64,000 nt of DNA from an uncultured Verrucomicrobiota bacterium (GTDB lineage: Bacteria > Verrucomicrobiota > Verrucomicrobiia > Limisphaerales > UBA9464). Below are positions 45,444 through 54,629 of this stretch, piece after piece; position 1 is the first letter of the stretch, and every line of letters starts with the position of its first letter. Under the pieces are notes generated by a model. The model worked only from the letters and a program-made list of their open reading frames with translations, searched no databases and was not told the DNA's origin. The stretch lies in assembly GCA_903907925.1 (NCBI GenBank), contig CAIVQB010000015.1, positions 1,203 through 65,202 on the forward strand. The letters run 5' to 3'. The translations under genes were made by a program, and so were the position numbers.

Positions 45444-45992
45444 ATGAAAAAAGTACTCATCATCGGGGCTGCTACCGCCAGCGCTTTTGCTGCTAACGCT
45501 GCCCTTCTCACTGTCGACATCGCCGGTGGTTCCGGTGGACCTGCCAACGAAGTTCCTGCTGTCACTGCTCCTGGTGCTAACATCACCAAGGGTTTGGGCT
45601 TCGCCTATGTTGATGACGTTGGTGGTGGCCTCTCGATCCAGAACATTCAGTTCAACAACCTCACCGCTCCTGCCACTTCGGCTTGGCTCGGCAATGGTAC
45701 GGTCACCCAGGCTGGAGTTCCTTTCGGAACCCCGCTCACGATCAATACCCTGAACCCGCTTTCGACCTCCGGCACCCTGACCTCTGTTCAGAACATTGGT
45801 AGCTTGGGCGTTGCTCAGCTCAAGGCCGGCAACGTTTTCATCAACGTGTCGACCCCGGGCAATCCCACTGGCGAAGTCCGTGGCCAGTTGGTTGTCGGTG
45901 GAACGTTCGTTCCTGAACCTTCCGAAACCGCTGCCGTTGTCGGCCTCGGTCTCGCTGGTTTCGCCCTCTGGCGCCGCCGTCAGGCCAAGTAA
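45444..45992 (+). CDS. CHRD-like domain protein with a PEP-CTERM sorting signal
   Basis: Signal peptide MKKVLIIGAATASAFAANA, a CHRD-type end motif (NPTGEVRGQL), and a C-terminal VPEPSETAAVVGLGLAGFALWRRRQAK (PEP motif + TM + basic tail). Confidence 0.85.
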   Translation: MKKVLIIGAATASAFAANAALLTVDIAGGSGGPANEVPAVTAPGANITKGLGFAYVDDVGGGLSIQNIQFNNLTAPATSAWLGNGTVTQAGVPFGTPLTINTLNPLSTSGTLTSVQNIGSLGVAQLKAGNVFINVSTPGNPTGEVRGQLVVGGTFVPEPSETAAVVGLGLAGFALWRRRQAK

Positions 45993-46030
45993 GTTGCTTG
46001 GGCCTAGGTTTTAGGTTTATCCATTTCACA

Positions 46031-46058
46031 AAGCGCAGGCGAAAGCCTGCGCTTTTTT
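46031..46058 (+). terminator. rho-independent terminator of the PEP-CTERM gene
   Basis: aagcgcaggc-gaaa-gcctgcgctt followed by tttttt: a GC-rich 8-10 bp stem, GAAA tetraloop and T6. Confidence 0.75.
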
Positions 46059-46185
46059 GCATTCCGATGCCTCCAGTGCCAATTGCGGAGACCTTTCCGA
46101 TCGCCGGGAGTCCCCGGACCGATTTCATTTTGAATGATCGCTAGAATCAAATCGGTGCTTTCGGTGTTTTAGCCAGAACCGGATC

Positions 46186-47655
46186 ATGTCCACTCCGATC
46201 CATACCGCTAATTGCACCGCCGGATCGACTCGCAGCCCCGCTGGACGGGGGGACCATATTCGTCGACTGTGGCTCCTCGTGATGGTTGGGTGGATGACTT
46301 GGATCGCTGTTGAAGCAGGCACCCCGACAGGATTGGTGCAACTGCGGTGGAACGGTGAATCGGCACGGCTGACCGCAGTCGTTCGGCAGGTGCCATTGTC
46401 CAGGGTTCTCGGCCGATTGGTCCGCGTCACCGGATGGCAGGTTTTCGTTGAGCCCGGTACGGAACGGCTGGTGGACGTTGCCTTCACCAATTCGCCTACC
46501 GCGGTTGGCTTGCCGCGTCTCCTGGGTTCCTTCAGTTTTGCCTTGGTGCCCGAGGGGAAAAGCCCGTGGCTGCTACGGATTTATCGATCCAGCGCGGACG
46601 CCGCCACCACCCGGGTGGATCCAATCGAGGACGGGGAGGTGCAGTTCCAACCGGGGCCGATTCCAACCGAGCTGATTGTTCGCCTGCGACCGGGTTCTAA
46701 GATCACGCCCGAGGATCTGGCGCGCCGGCTGGGTGCCAAACTCGTTGGCCGTCTCGACGAACTCCACACCTATCGTCTGCGCTTCGAGACGGCGGAGGAC
46801 GCCCAGCGAGCGCGTGATTGGCTCGGGAGTCAGTCCGAAATCGCCGCAGTGGAGAACAACACCCGTTTGCCGATCCCGGAGCCGGGTCTCCCCGGGGGTG
46901 GCGGGGGATCGGAGGTGACTTTGAAGCCGCGAATCGGTTCGCCGAAAGATCAGGTGGTTGTCGCCTTGATTGATACGGCGGTTCAGACCCTCCCGGCCTC
47001 CCTCGATCCGTTCCTTTTGGAGCGTGTGTCCGTGGCCAGTGGTGCGCCGGCGAACGATGGAACGCCGACCCACGGAACGGTGATGTATCAGGACATTCTT
47101 CAAGGTGTCGGGCGAACCGATGGATCCACCGATGGGACGAAGGTTCGGATTCTTTCCGTCGACGTCTATGGATCCGAAGCGGCCACCACGACCTGGAATG
47201 TGGTGAAGGGTTTGACCGAGGCCGCGTCGCGGGGTGCAACAGTGTTCAATCTCAGCCTCGGAGGCACGCAGGACAGCCCACTGCTGGACGACGCGATTGC
47301 GTCGATCCGCGCCCAGGGCGGGATTGTGCTGGCGGCAACGGGCAACACTCCAGGGACGACCCTGACCTACCCGTCGGCCAGCCCGGGGGCACTCGGCGTA
47401 ACCGCGGTGGATCGCAACGGGGTCCCGGCGGACTATGCCAATACCGGTCCGCAAGCCCGGCTCGCAGGACCGGGCAGTACGGTCATTCAATTTGGGGGGC
47501 AGAACTGGCTGGCAAACGGTACCTCCGGTGCCACGGCATGGGTCTCCGGAGTGGCAGCGGGTTGGATGTCGCAATCGGGCAGTTCGGCGACCCAGGCGGC
47601 GACCTGGCTGCAATCCGCGGTTCCGTTCAAATCGCCTCCTCCGGGTGTTCCCTGA
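46186..47655 (+). CDS. S8 (subtilisin) family serine peptidase, membrane-anchored
   Basis: Catalytic triad contexts VVALIDTAV (Asp), GTPTHGTVM (His) and NGTSGATAWVSGVAAG (Ser). N-terminal TM helix (LWLLVMVGWMTWIAV). Confidence 0.85.
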   Translation: MSTPIHTANCTAGSTRSPAGRGDHIRRLWLLVMVGWMTWIAVEAGTPTGLVQLRWNGESARLTAVVRQVPLSRVLGRLVRVTGWQVFVEPGTERLVDVAFTNSPTAVGLPRLLGSFSFALVPEGKSPWLLRIYRSSADAATTRVDPIEDGEVQFQPGPIPTELIVRLRPGSKITPEDLARRLGAKLVGRLDELHTYRLRFETAEDAQRARDWLGSQSEIAAVENNTRLPIPEPGLPGGGGGSEVTLKPRIGSPKDQVVVALIDTAVQTLPASLDPFLLERVSVASGAPANDGTPTHGTVMYQDILQGVGRTDGSTDGTKVRILSVDVYGSEAATTTWNVVKGLTEAASRGATVFNLSLGGTQDSPLLDDAIASIRAQGGIVLAATGNTPGTTLTYPSASPGALGVTAVDRNGVPADYANTGPQARLAGPGSTVIQFGGQNWLANGTSGATAWVSGVAAGWMSQSGSSATQAATWLQSAVPFKSPPPGVP

Positions 47656-47772
47656 ACCGTTCGCGCCGGACGTCATGTGCTCTCGTGAAGGTCGCCGCCG
47701 GGCAACAGTCCACATCGCGCGCGGTCGCAACACCGTCGGGCTTGCGCCGGGCCCGTCGGCTCCGCACGCTGG

Positions 47773-48714
47773 ATGCAATCGATGTCTTCACCGCCCGCCT
47801 GCCAGGGTCCGCTGACCGCGGCCACGCGCCTCTGTGCGGTCTTGGGGGCACCCGTCCGCCACTCGGCCTCGCCGGCCATGCACAACGCGGCTCTTGGTGC
47901 CCTTGGGCTCGATTGGCGCTACGTCGGCTGCGAAGTGGATCCACTGCACCTGCGCGAAGCGATCGAGGGTGCCCGTCATCTCGGGTTCATCGGACTGAAT
48001 CTGACCGTTCCTCACAAACTCATCGCCGTCGAACTGATGGATGAACTGGACGGTTCGGCGGTGGAATGGGGCGCGGTGAATACCGTGGTCTTCGGCCGTC
48101 GGAATCCTTCCGGGGACTGGGTGCCGGTCGGGCAGGGTGACGCCGGGGGAAGCCCCGTTCTGTCTCGAGGCTACAACACGGATGCCGATGCGATCATCCG
48201 ATCGTTGAACGAAGATCTGGAAATCGAACCGCGGTCCGCCCGCGTTCTCCTCCTCGGTGCGGGTGGCGCGGGTCGCGCGGCGGCGTTGCGGCTGGCGGCG
48301 GAAGGCGTCTCGGTGTTGTGGCTGGTCAATCGCACCCGCGAACGCGCCGAAGCGTTGGCCGCAGAAATTGAGATCCGGTTTCCCAATGTGGAGGTCCGGA
48401 TCGGATACCCGGACACCGATGTCGAAATCGTTCTCAACGCCACCTCGCTCGGATTGAAGCCGGGCGACCATCTTCCCCTGGACTTGAATCAATTTGCGAT
48501 CGACCGCGCCGACGGCGTCTACGACATGGTCTACCGGCCGGCGGAGACGCCCCTGCTGTGCGAGGCGCGTCGCGCTGGATGCCGGGCCTCCAACGGTCTG
48601 GGGATGTTGTTGTATCAGGGTGCCGCCGCATTGGAATTGTGGTCCGGCCGGCCGGCACCGGTGGCGGTGATGCGCGAGGCGCTTCAACGTGAAATCCACG
48701 GAGGGATTCCGTGA
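47773..48714 (+). CDS. aroE: shikimate dehydrogenase
   Basis: Motifs HSASPAMHNAA, GLNLTVPHK, VNTVV and YNTDADAII, plus the Rossmann motif LLGAGGAGRAAA. Confidence 0.9.
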   Translation: MQSMSSPPACQGPLTAATRLCAVLGAPVRHSASPAMHNAALGALGLDWRYVGCEVDPLHLREAIEGARHLGFIGLNLTVPHKLIAVELMDELDGSAVEWGAVNTVVFGRRNPSGDWVPVGQGDAGGSPVLSRGYNTDADAIIRSLNEDLEIEPRSARVLLLGAGGAGRAAALRLAAEGVSVLWLVNRTRERAEALAAEIEIRFPNVEVRIGYPDTDVEIVLNATSLGLKPGDHLPLDLNQFAIDRADGVYDMVYRPAETPLLCEARRAGCRASNGLGMLLYQGAAALELWSGRPAPVAVMREALQREIHGGIP

Positions 48715-49868
48715 CCGCGCTCCAGGATACTTACCTGGGATTGCCCCTCGAGTTTTGGTTCACCGGCCCGCTGGGGATTCCTTTTCACATCTGGACGGTC
48801 ACCATGGCGATCACCGGATTGATCGTCGGAAGCTTCCTGAACGTTGTCATCCACCGGATGCCGATCGGATTGAGTGTCGTGCGTCCCGGGTCGCATTGCC
48901 CGGCCTGCGAACAACCGATTCCGCTCCGCCTCAATCTTCCGATTGTTTCCTGGCTCTGGTTGCGGGGCAAATGCGCGCGCTGTGGCGTGAAGATTTCCAT
49001 TCGGTACCTGGCGGTCGAAGCCCTGACCGGTTCGGTCTTTCTTTTGACCTGGTTGCGGTTCGGTCCTGCCACACCCGGCGTGGCCTGGGCGTTGTGTCTC
49101 CTGTTTTCCGGATTCATTGCGGCCACTTTCATCGATTTCGAACACCTCATCATTCCCGATGAGATCACCCTGGGTGGAATCGTGGCGGGGTTCCTTCTTT
49201 CGGCGGCGGTTCCACTGCTGCATGGCGTCGTTTCGGTGCCCGAATCCATCCGGGCCAGCGCTGCCGGTATCGTGGTGGGAGGCGGGCTGGTGTACGGGGT
49301 GCTTCGGTTGGGAAAATGGCTGTTCGGACGGGAGCGCATCGCCGTGCCGCCCGAGTTCAAAGTGACCTTCCACGAATCGGGGCTGGTCCTGCCGACGGGT
49401 GAGGTTTCGTATGAGGATGTCTTCTACCGGGATTCCGATGCGGTGACCGCGCAGGGGCGGCGTATTGAACTGGCGGATCGCTGCTTCATCGACCAGTCGG
49501 TCCGGCTCGAATTGCGCCGGACTCCGCCGGTGCTGAAGGTGGGTGACGAGACGTTCGAGGCGACCGATCAGCCGTGGATGTCGATTGAAACCGACGAGGT
49601 CGTCTTGCCGCGCGAAGCGATGGGATTCGGTGATGTGAAATTCATGGCCGCCATCGGAGCCTTCCTGGGTTGGAAGGCCGCGGTCTTCTCACTGTTTGCC
49701 AGCGCGGTGATTGGTTCCCTGGTGGCGGTGGCGTTGATTGGATTGGGGCGACAGAAGTGGACCGGACGGCTTGGATATGGTCCCTACCTGGCCCTGGCTG
49801 CAGTGTTGTGGGTCTTCGCCGGTCGCCGGATCCTCGAGCAATGGCTCGGGATTCCGCCGGGGATGTAA
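48711..49868 (+). CDS. pilD: A24 family prepilin peptidase (PilD-like) with a large internal insertion
   Basis: The GTG overlaps the aroE stop (GTGA). Zn-finger CPACEQ..CARCG and both catalytic Asp motifs (FIDFEHLIIPDE and GFGDVKFMAAIGAFLGW) are present, separated by ~166 aa. Confidence 0.86.
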   Translation: MTALQDTYLGLPLEFWFTGPLGIPFHIWTVTMAITGLIVGSFLNVVIHRMPIGLSVVRPGSHCPACEQPIPLRLNLPIVSWLWLRGKCARCGVKISIRYLAVEALTGSVFLLTWLRFGPATPGVAWALCLLFSGFIAATFIDFEHLIIPDEITLGGIVAGFLLSAAVPLLHGVVSVPESIRASAAGIVVGGGLVYGVLRLGKWLFGRERIAVPPEFKVTFHESGLVLPTGEVSYEDVFYRDSDAVTAQGRRIELADRCFIDQSVRLELRRTPPVLKVGDETFEATDQPWMSIETDEVVLPREAMGFGDVKFMAAIGAFLGWKAAVFSLFASAVIGSLVAVALIGLGRQKWTGRLGYGPYLALAAVLWVFAGRRILEQWLGIPPGM

Positions 49869-49926
49869 CGCCGGTTTCGGGCCGGACTTCATTCGGAGCA
49901 CTTCAGAAGAAGCTACTGAGGGACAT

Positions 49927-50000
49927 TGATTTCACGGATTCACACGGATTTCTGAAGAGCCAATGGCATCCGGTTCATTCAGTCCATCCCGTTTCGATCC
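49927..50000 (+). repeat. dispersed intergenic repeat, copy 2
   Basis: tgatttcacggattcacacggatttctgaagagccaatggcatccggttcattcagtccatcccgtttcgatcc aligns with the reverse complement of 20131..20233 at ~80 percent identity. It also shares the ttcattc.gtccat.ccgt module with 57201..57219. Confidence 0.7.
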
Positions 50001-50091
50001 CCGTCCCGTTTTCGAGAGCGGAATCCAATCGGCAACATGTGGGGATTCCGACAGTGACGTCCAATTCCGCTTCCGAGGTATCAATGCCTTC

Positions 50092-51882
50092 CTACCTCAC
50101 GCGGACGAACAGTTGGGTGCCCCCGAGTGGCACGGTGACCGAAACGGGCGACGCCGTTCCGGATGGGTCCAGAACGCGATAGGCCATCCAGGAACCGCCC
50201 GTTCCGAGATCGCTCCGCGTTTCGATCACGTAGCCCCGGCCGGGAGCGGTGGTGAACGAGAGGGTTAGGCCGGCGTTGGGTGTGAAGACGACGGTCACCA
50301 CCGGGGGCGGTGCTGGGGCGTCCGTTGTCCAATTCGTTCCATCATTTCCGTAGAGGAGGGGATTGATGCGCTGCAAGGCGGCACCGGTTCCGTCCGCACC
50401 GGCGGGCCACGGTGCGTCGGGAAGGTAGCTGATTTTCTCCACGCGGATGTAGGGAACATAGCCCGCATCGGGATGCGGTGGTTCCTGCGGTGGGTCTGGT
50501 TTGAAGAGTTCGATCGTGTCCCCGGCGTTGTTGAGGAGATTGGTCCACGGGCCGAAGATCTGGGTCGAAGGAGGAATCGAGTATCGGGTTCGAAAAGCCG
50601 CCGGAACCAGCGGAGTGACCAGGCATTTCTCGCCGGGCGAGAGCACCGAACCCGTCGGAAAATCATAGTCCACCGCGTTGCGGAGCCGCCATGTGTTGGT
50701 CGGGACCCGGATGTCGTACAGCGGCAGATTGGTGGTCGCGATGTTGATCAATTCCACGAATTCATCCTGCCCCCCGGCCGGATGATACTGGATCCGGTTG
50801 AACACCACCGGACCGACCCGCGGCAGGCCGTTCGAAGCGCCGGCACCGGTGCGGAACTGGGTGAGGAACTCGGGCGGATAGGTGTCATCCACCGGGGAAC
50901 CGAGGGTGATGCGATCCATCGCCGTGAGCGGTCCAGTGAAATCCGGATAGCGACCAAAGCTCACGCCGTGTTGCGCGGAGTCGAAGCTGACGGCGTCCAT
51001 CCAGTATTGGAGCGCGCCGGTGGCATCGGTGGAAACGAGAACAGCTTCGTCGCCGTGAGCAGAGTTGAAGGTGAATTCCGGCGTCTTGCCGGTACCGTGG
51101 GAGTTGAATCCCATCGGGCTCCCGGTGCCCACCAGTTCGTAGAAGACCTTGAAGCTGTGGGGAGCGATGAGGGTGTTCGGCGGAATGATGAACTTCTTCG
51201 GATCGCTTCTCTGGTTGGAGATGTACCAACCCCCGAGATTCACCGGCGCGTCGGTGAGGTTGTAGAGTTCGATGCCGTCCTCGATCGGCGGATCGGTGTG
51301 AGTGAGCACTTCGTTGATGACCACGGACTTCAGCGGACCGATGCCCGCTCGCCCGGGTGAACCATTGTATTCCGTGCTCGAACGCCAATTTGCGGGATCG
51401 TCGAGATTCCCGGCTGGATCGATGCATTCCAGGGAACTGCCGAGTCCGTTCGCGCGCGAAGGCCAGGCTCCCGAACTGTCATAAGTGAACCGGAAGAGCT
51501 GGGTGCCGCTCGCATCCACCAGTGTCACGGTATCGCCCGAATCACTGAGCTTGCCGCTGTACGACCCCGAACCCAACAGGATCCCGGCCGTGCCGTAGCG
51601 CGCAAGAAACGCCGATCGGGTGTTGCAGAGGACCACGCGGCCTCCCGCGGGTACCACCGTGCTTCCCTTGAAGGTGTAAGTGACGCCGCTGGTGAGCTTG
51701 TATCCATTGAAATCCAACGGCTTTGTTCCGAGGTTGATCAGTTCAATGTACTCGTAGTCCGATCCGCCGATCGGGTTGTAGTTGAGTTCCGAGACGGACA
51801 CCAGCGGGGAGGCCTGGGTGAAAAACGAGGTCGCCAAAGCGGCGAACAAGGACCTGAAAAACCTATTCTGGAAAAGCGGCAT
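50092..51882 (-). CDS. lamin tail domain (LTD) repeat protein, secreted
   Basis: Signal peptide, then three LTD-type units: VSELNYNP..YEYIELINLG, VINEVLTH..GIELYNL and VFNRIQYHP..DEFVELINI. Confidence 0.82.
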   Translation of the reverse strand: MPLFQNRFFRSLFAALATSFFTQASPLVSVSELNYNPIGGSDYEYIELINLGTKPLDFNGYKLTSGVTYTFKGSTVVPAGGRVVLCNTRSAFLARYGTAGILLGSGSYSGKLSDSGDTVTLVDASGTQLFRFTYDSSGAWPSRANGLGSSLECIDPAGNLDDPANWRSSTEYNGSPGRAGIGPLKSVVINEVLTHTDPPIEDGIELYNLTDAPVNLGGWYISNQRSDPKKFIIPPNTLIAPHSFKVFYELVGTGSPMGFNSHGTGKTPEFTFNSAHGDEAVLVSTDATGALQYWMDAVSFDSAQHGVSFGRYPDFTGPLTAMDRITLGSPVDDTYPPEFLTQFRTGAGASNGLPRVGPVVFNRIQYHPAGGQDEFVELINIATTNLPLYDIRVPTNTWRLRNAVDYDFPTGSVLSPGEKCLVTPLVPAAFRTRYSIPPSTQIFGPWTNLLNNAGDTIELFKPDPPQEPPHPDAGYVPYIRVEKISYLPDAPWPAGADGTGAALQRINPLLYGNDGTNWTTDAPAPPPVVTVVFTPNAGLTLSFTTAPGRGYVIETRSDLGTGGSWMAYRVLDPSGTASPVSVTVPLGGTQLFVRVR

Positions 51883-52160
51883 CGGAGGGGTGTTCGGTGT
51901 TCGGCAGACTACGGTGCTTCGGGCGTGACGGCGAGTGGGTAAAGGCGGCCCAGCCTATCTCTGTGAGGGCCGCCCTCCGCCCTCGGCGGTTCGGAAAACA
52001 ACAACGCCTCGAGAGGGCCAAGGATCCTGAAAACGGGGGACTTCATGCGTGTATCTGGGGAAAGAGTAGCAGGGGACACGCCAGAACACCCGGATGCGAA
52101 TGGGACCGGGATCACCGCGGTGATCGTCAGCCAGGCTCGGGCTGCTCGGAGCCGTGTCTT

Positions 52161-53402
52161 TCAATACACGACCAGGAACGAATTGTCCGGACGTGCGACC
52201 ACGGCGGCAAAGCTCCAGACCGGAATGCCGTCGCGAACACCGCCTTGATCGGTCGGTGTTCCGGAGCGATCCAGCAACCGCCATCCGAGTCGGCCGCCGC
52301 GGTTCCATCCGGTGCCTTCGGTCCAGACGAGGAGCGTCTCGCCGCGGGAATTGGAGGCCAATGCTGGAAGCCGGGCACCCGGACCGGGGACCAGAGCGGT
52401 TTCCGAAGGAGTCGTCGTCGGAGGTGATGAAGTGGGCCCGGGGAAGGCGCGCAAATAAATCCGGCCTTCGGTTTCCCAAGCGATTTGAGTGCTCGACCCC
52501 AGCCGCGCTATGGCAGGAAGGCTCATCGGACAGGAACCGGTCGCCCAATCCTGCAGCGGCAACGATTGAAAGGAGATCCCGGCATCGTTGGATTGAAGCA
52601 CGATGGTTTCGCGATGGATCATTTCCCGGGCGCCGCGATAGGCCACGAAGAGGTGGCCCGCGGCATCGGTCCCCGCTCGCAGGCCGCAACAGCCGCAGGC
52701 ACCGCCGTCGCGGGTGATCGGGCGTTCCGGGGCAAAGGTGGCCCCATCATCGATGGATTCCGCGACGTAAACCTTTCGACGATCCTCGCGGGTCTGCACT
52801 TGGCCGTCGCCCGCATGCCAGAACGCGTAGACGTGGCCGGCGGGATCCGCGGCAATGCCACCGCCTCCATCAAGATCAGCGGTGCCGTGGATCAGATTGC
52901 GCTGGGGTTCGAAGCCGGTGTCGCCGGGAACGAGGCGTGAATAGAGCAGGGGAGAGCCCTTGGGCGGCTTTGGTGTCGCAGTCCCCGATCCATTCCAAAC
53001 CACATGAACTGTGCCGGAGGGCCCAAGGGCGAATTGCGGACCGCGGATCGTCCCGATCGCCAGCGCACTGCCTGCTTGGCTGTTGACCTGCATCGGACGC
53101 GCTGGAAACCCGTTGGTTCCGTCCAGTTTGGCGTATCGGACGTTGGCGGCGGCGGGTTCGCCGTCGAGCCACAGGCAATGGGCCTGCTGACGGGTGTCGA
53201 CCTCCAGTTGTGGCTGCATCCCGCCCGGGGGTAGGCGGATAAATTCGACAGGACCCGCCGCGAGAGAAATGAGGGAAATTCCCACGGCCCAAACTCCCGC
53301 AACGCCGTTGGCTAAACGGTGAAACTCAGGCCCATGGCACGCGACCCGGCTAGTTGCGCTCCGGGGCGTTGCGGTGGAGTCCAACGGAGTGGGCAATGTC
53401 AT
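52161..53402 (-). CDS. BNR/Asp-box repeat (sialidase-like beta-propeller) protein
   Basis: Asp-box motifs ESIDDGATF and SNDAGISF, plus an N-terminal hydrophobic helix (GVAGVWAVGISLISLAA). The ATG at 53402 overlaps the upstream gene by 53 nt, so the start is uncertain. Confidence 0.6.
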   Translation of the reverse strand: MTLPTPLDSTATPRSATSRVACHGPEFHRLANGVAGVWAVGISLISLAAGPVEFIRLPPGGMQPQLEVDTRQQAHCLWLDGEPAAANVRYAKLDGTNGFPARPMQVNSQAGSALAIGTIRGPQFALGPSGTVHVVWNGSGTATPKPPKGSPLLYSRLVPGDTGFEPQRNLIHGTADLDGGGGIAADPAGHVYAFWHAGDGQVQTREDRRKVYVAESIDDGATFAPERPITRDGGACGCCGLRAGTDAAGHLFVAYRGAREMIHRETIVLQSNDAGISFQSLPLQDWATGSCPMSLPAIARLGSSTQIAWETEGRIYLRAFPGPTSSPPTTTPSETALVPGPGARLPALASNSRGETLLVWTEGTGWNRGGRLGWRLLDRSGTPTDQGGVRDGIPVWSFAAVVARPDNSFLVVY

Positions 53403-53628
53403 CGAATTCCTCGGCGGAAACCTCGTGGAGTTCCTTGCCCTTCTGGGAGAGCTTCTCGTTGATCTTGAGGGCTTTCTCGGTCATTTCCTCGTGGGTTTCC
53501 TTGGCACCGCCGACGAGAGCGAAGTTCTTCCCAGTCGTGATCCGCTGGTGGCCGTCAGAATCGAGGCCGACGCCCACCAGGAGCGCCTTCGGTTTTTTCC
53601 CGGGCTTGCCGCCGGATGAACTCGCCAT
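53350..53628 (-). CDS. small conserved-looking cytoplasmic protein (hypothetical, 92 aa)
   Basis: ATG start and a clean charged sequence (KALLVGVGLDSDGHQRITTGKNFALVGGAKETHEEMTEKALKINEKL). I recognise this pattern from small PVC/deltaproteobacterial ORFs but cannot name a family. Confidence 0.6.
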   Translation of the reverse strand: MASSSGGKPGKKPKALLVGVGLDSDGHQRITTGKNFALVGGAKETHEEMTEKALKINEKLSQKGKELHEVSAEEFDDIAHSVGLHRNAPERN

Positions 53629-53736
53629 GGATGAAGCCTAGACCGGTCAAATGAGGTCGCAAGACGCGATTCGAAACGATTCCTTTTGGGTTTCGCCTTG
53701 CTCCACAAGTGTTTGTTTTGCTAACAATTCCCGGCC

Positions 53737-54492
53737 ATGGCAGCCATCGGTCGATTTCAAAAAGGCGACGACACCTTCTACGCGAAGGTGGTGGACGGCG
53801 AACTGTTCCGTTTGATCGGCGACGTCTTCGGCTCTCCGTCCTTCGAAAAGAAGGCCACGCTGCTCAAGGGCGTCAAGACCTTGGTGCCGGTCGTGCCCTC
53901 CAAGATCATCGCGGTCGGTTTGAACTACGCCGACCATGCCCGTGAGAGTGGAAAACCCCTTCCGAAGGAGCCGCTCTTCTGGTTCAAGGCGACCACTTCG
54001 CTGATTCCCGACGGTGCCAAGATTGAGATTCCGTTTCCCAATCACAGGACGGATTTCGAGGCCGAACTGGCCATCGTCATCGGTCGGCGCATGCGCAACG
54101 TCACGCCGGCCGCCGCCGCCCGCTACATTTTCGGCTACACCGCCGCCCAGGATGTCAGTGACCGGACGATCCAGAATTCCGAAAGCCAGTTCGCCCGCTG
54201 CAAGTCCTTCGATACGTTCACCCCGCTGGGGCCTTACGTGGAGACGAAGATCGACCCGCATGATCTGAGCATCCAGTTGTTCCAGAACGGGCAACTGCGC
54301 CAGAACAGCAACACCAGCCAGTTGGTCTTCAATTGCTTCCATCTGGTGAGCTTCATCTCGACCAACATGACCATGTTGCCGGGTGACGTGATCCTGACCG
54401 GGACTCCCAGCGGTGTCGGCCCGATTGAATCCGGCGACCGCCTCGAGGTCCGGGTTCAGGGCCTCGCTCCGCTCGTCAACACTGTGAAGTGA
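53737..54492 (+). CDS. fumarylacetoacetate hydrolase (FAH) family protein
   Basis: Motifs KIIAVGLNYADHA, DFEAELAIVIGR and TGTPSGVG. Confidence 0.9.
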   Translation: MAAIGRFQKGDDTFYAKVVDGELFRLIGDVFGSPSFEKKATLLKGVKTLVPVVPSKIIAVGLNYADHARESGKPLPKEPLFWFKATTSLIPDGAKIEIPFPNHRTDFEAELAIVIGRRMRNVTPAAAARYIFGYTAAQDVSDRTIQNSESQFARCKSFDTFTPLGPYVETKIDPHDLSIQLFQNGQLRQNSNTSQLVFNCFHLVSFISTNMTMLPGDVILTGTPSGVGPIESGDRLEVRVQGLAPLVNTVK

Positions 54493-54629
54493 CCGGGCGG
54501 TGAGGGCCGCCGGTGAATCCGGAGGCCCATGGACTGTGGTCCGCCCGTCCTTTCCCGGAAGCGACCCAACATCGGCTTCTTTTTCCACCTTCACCGCGAC
54601 TCTGGTTTCGATCGAACCCCGTTTTTCCC

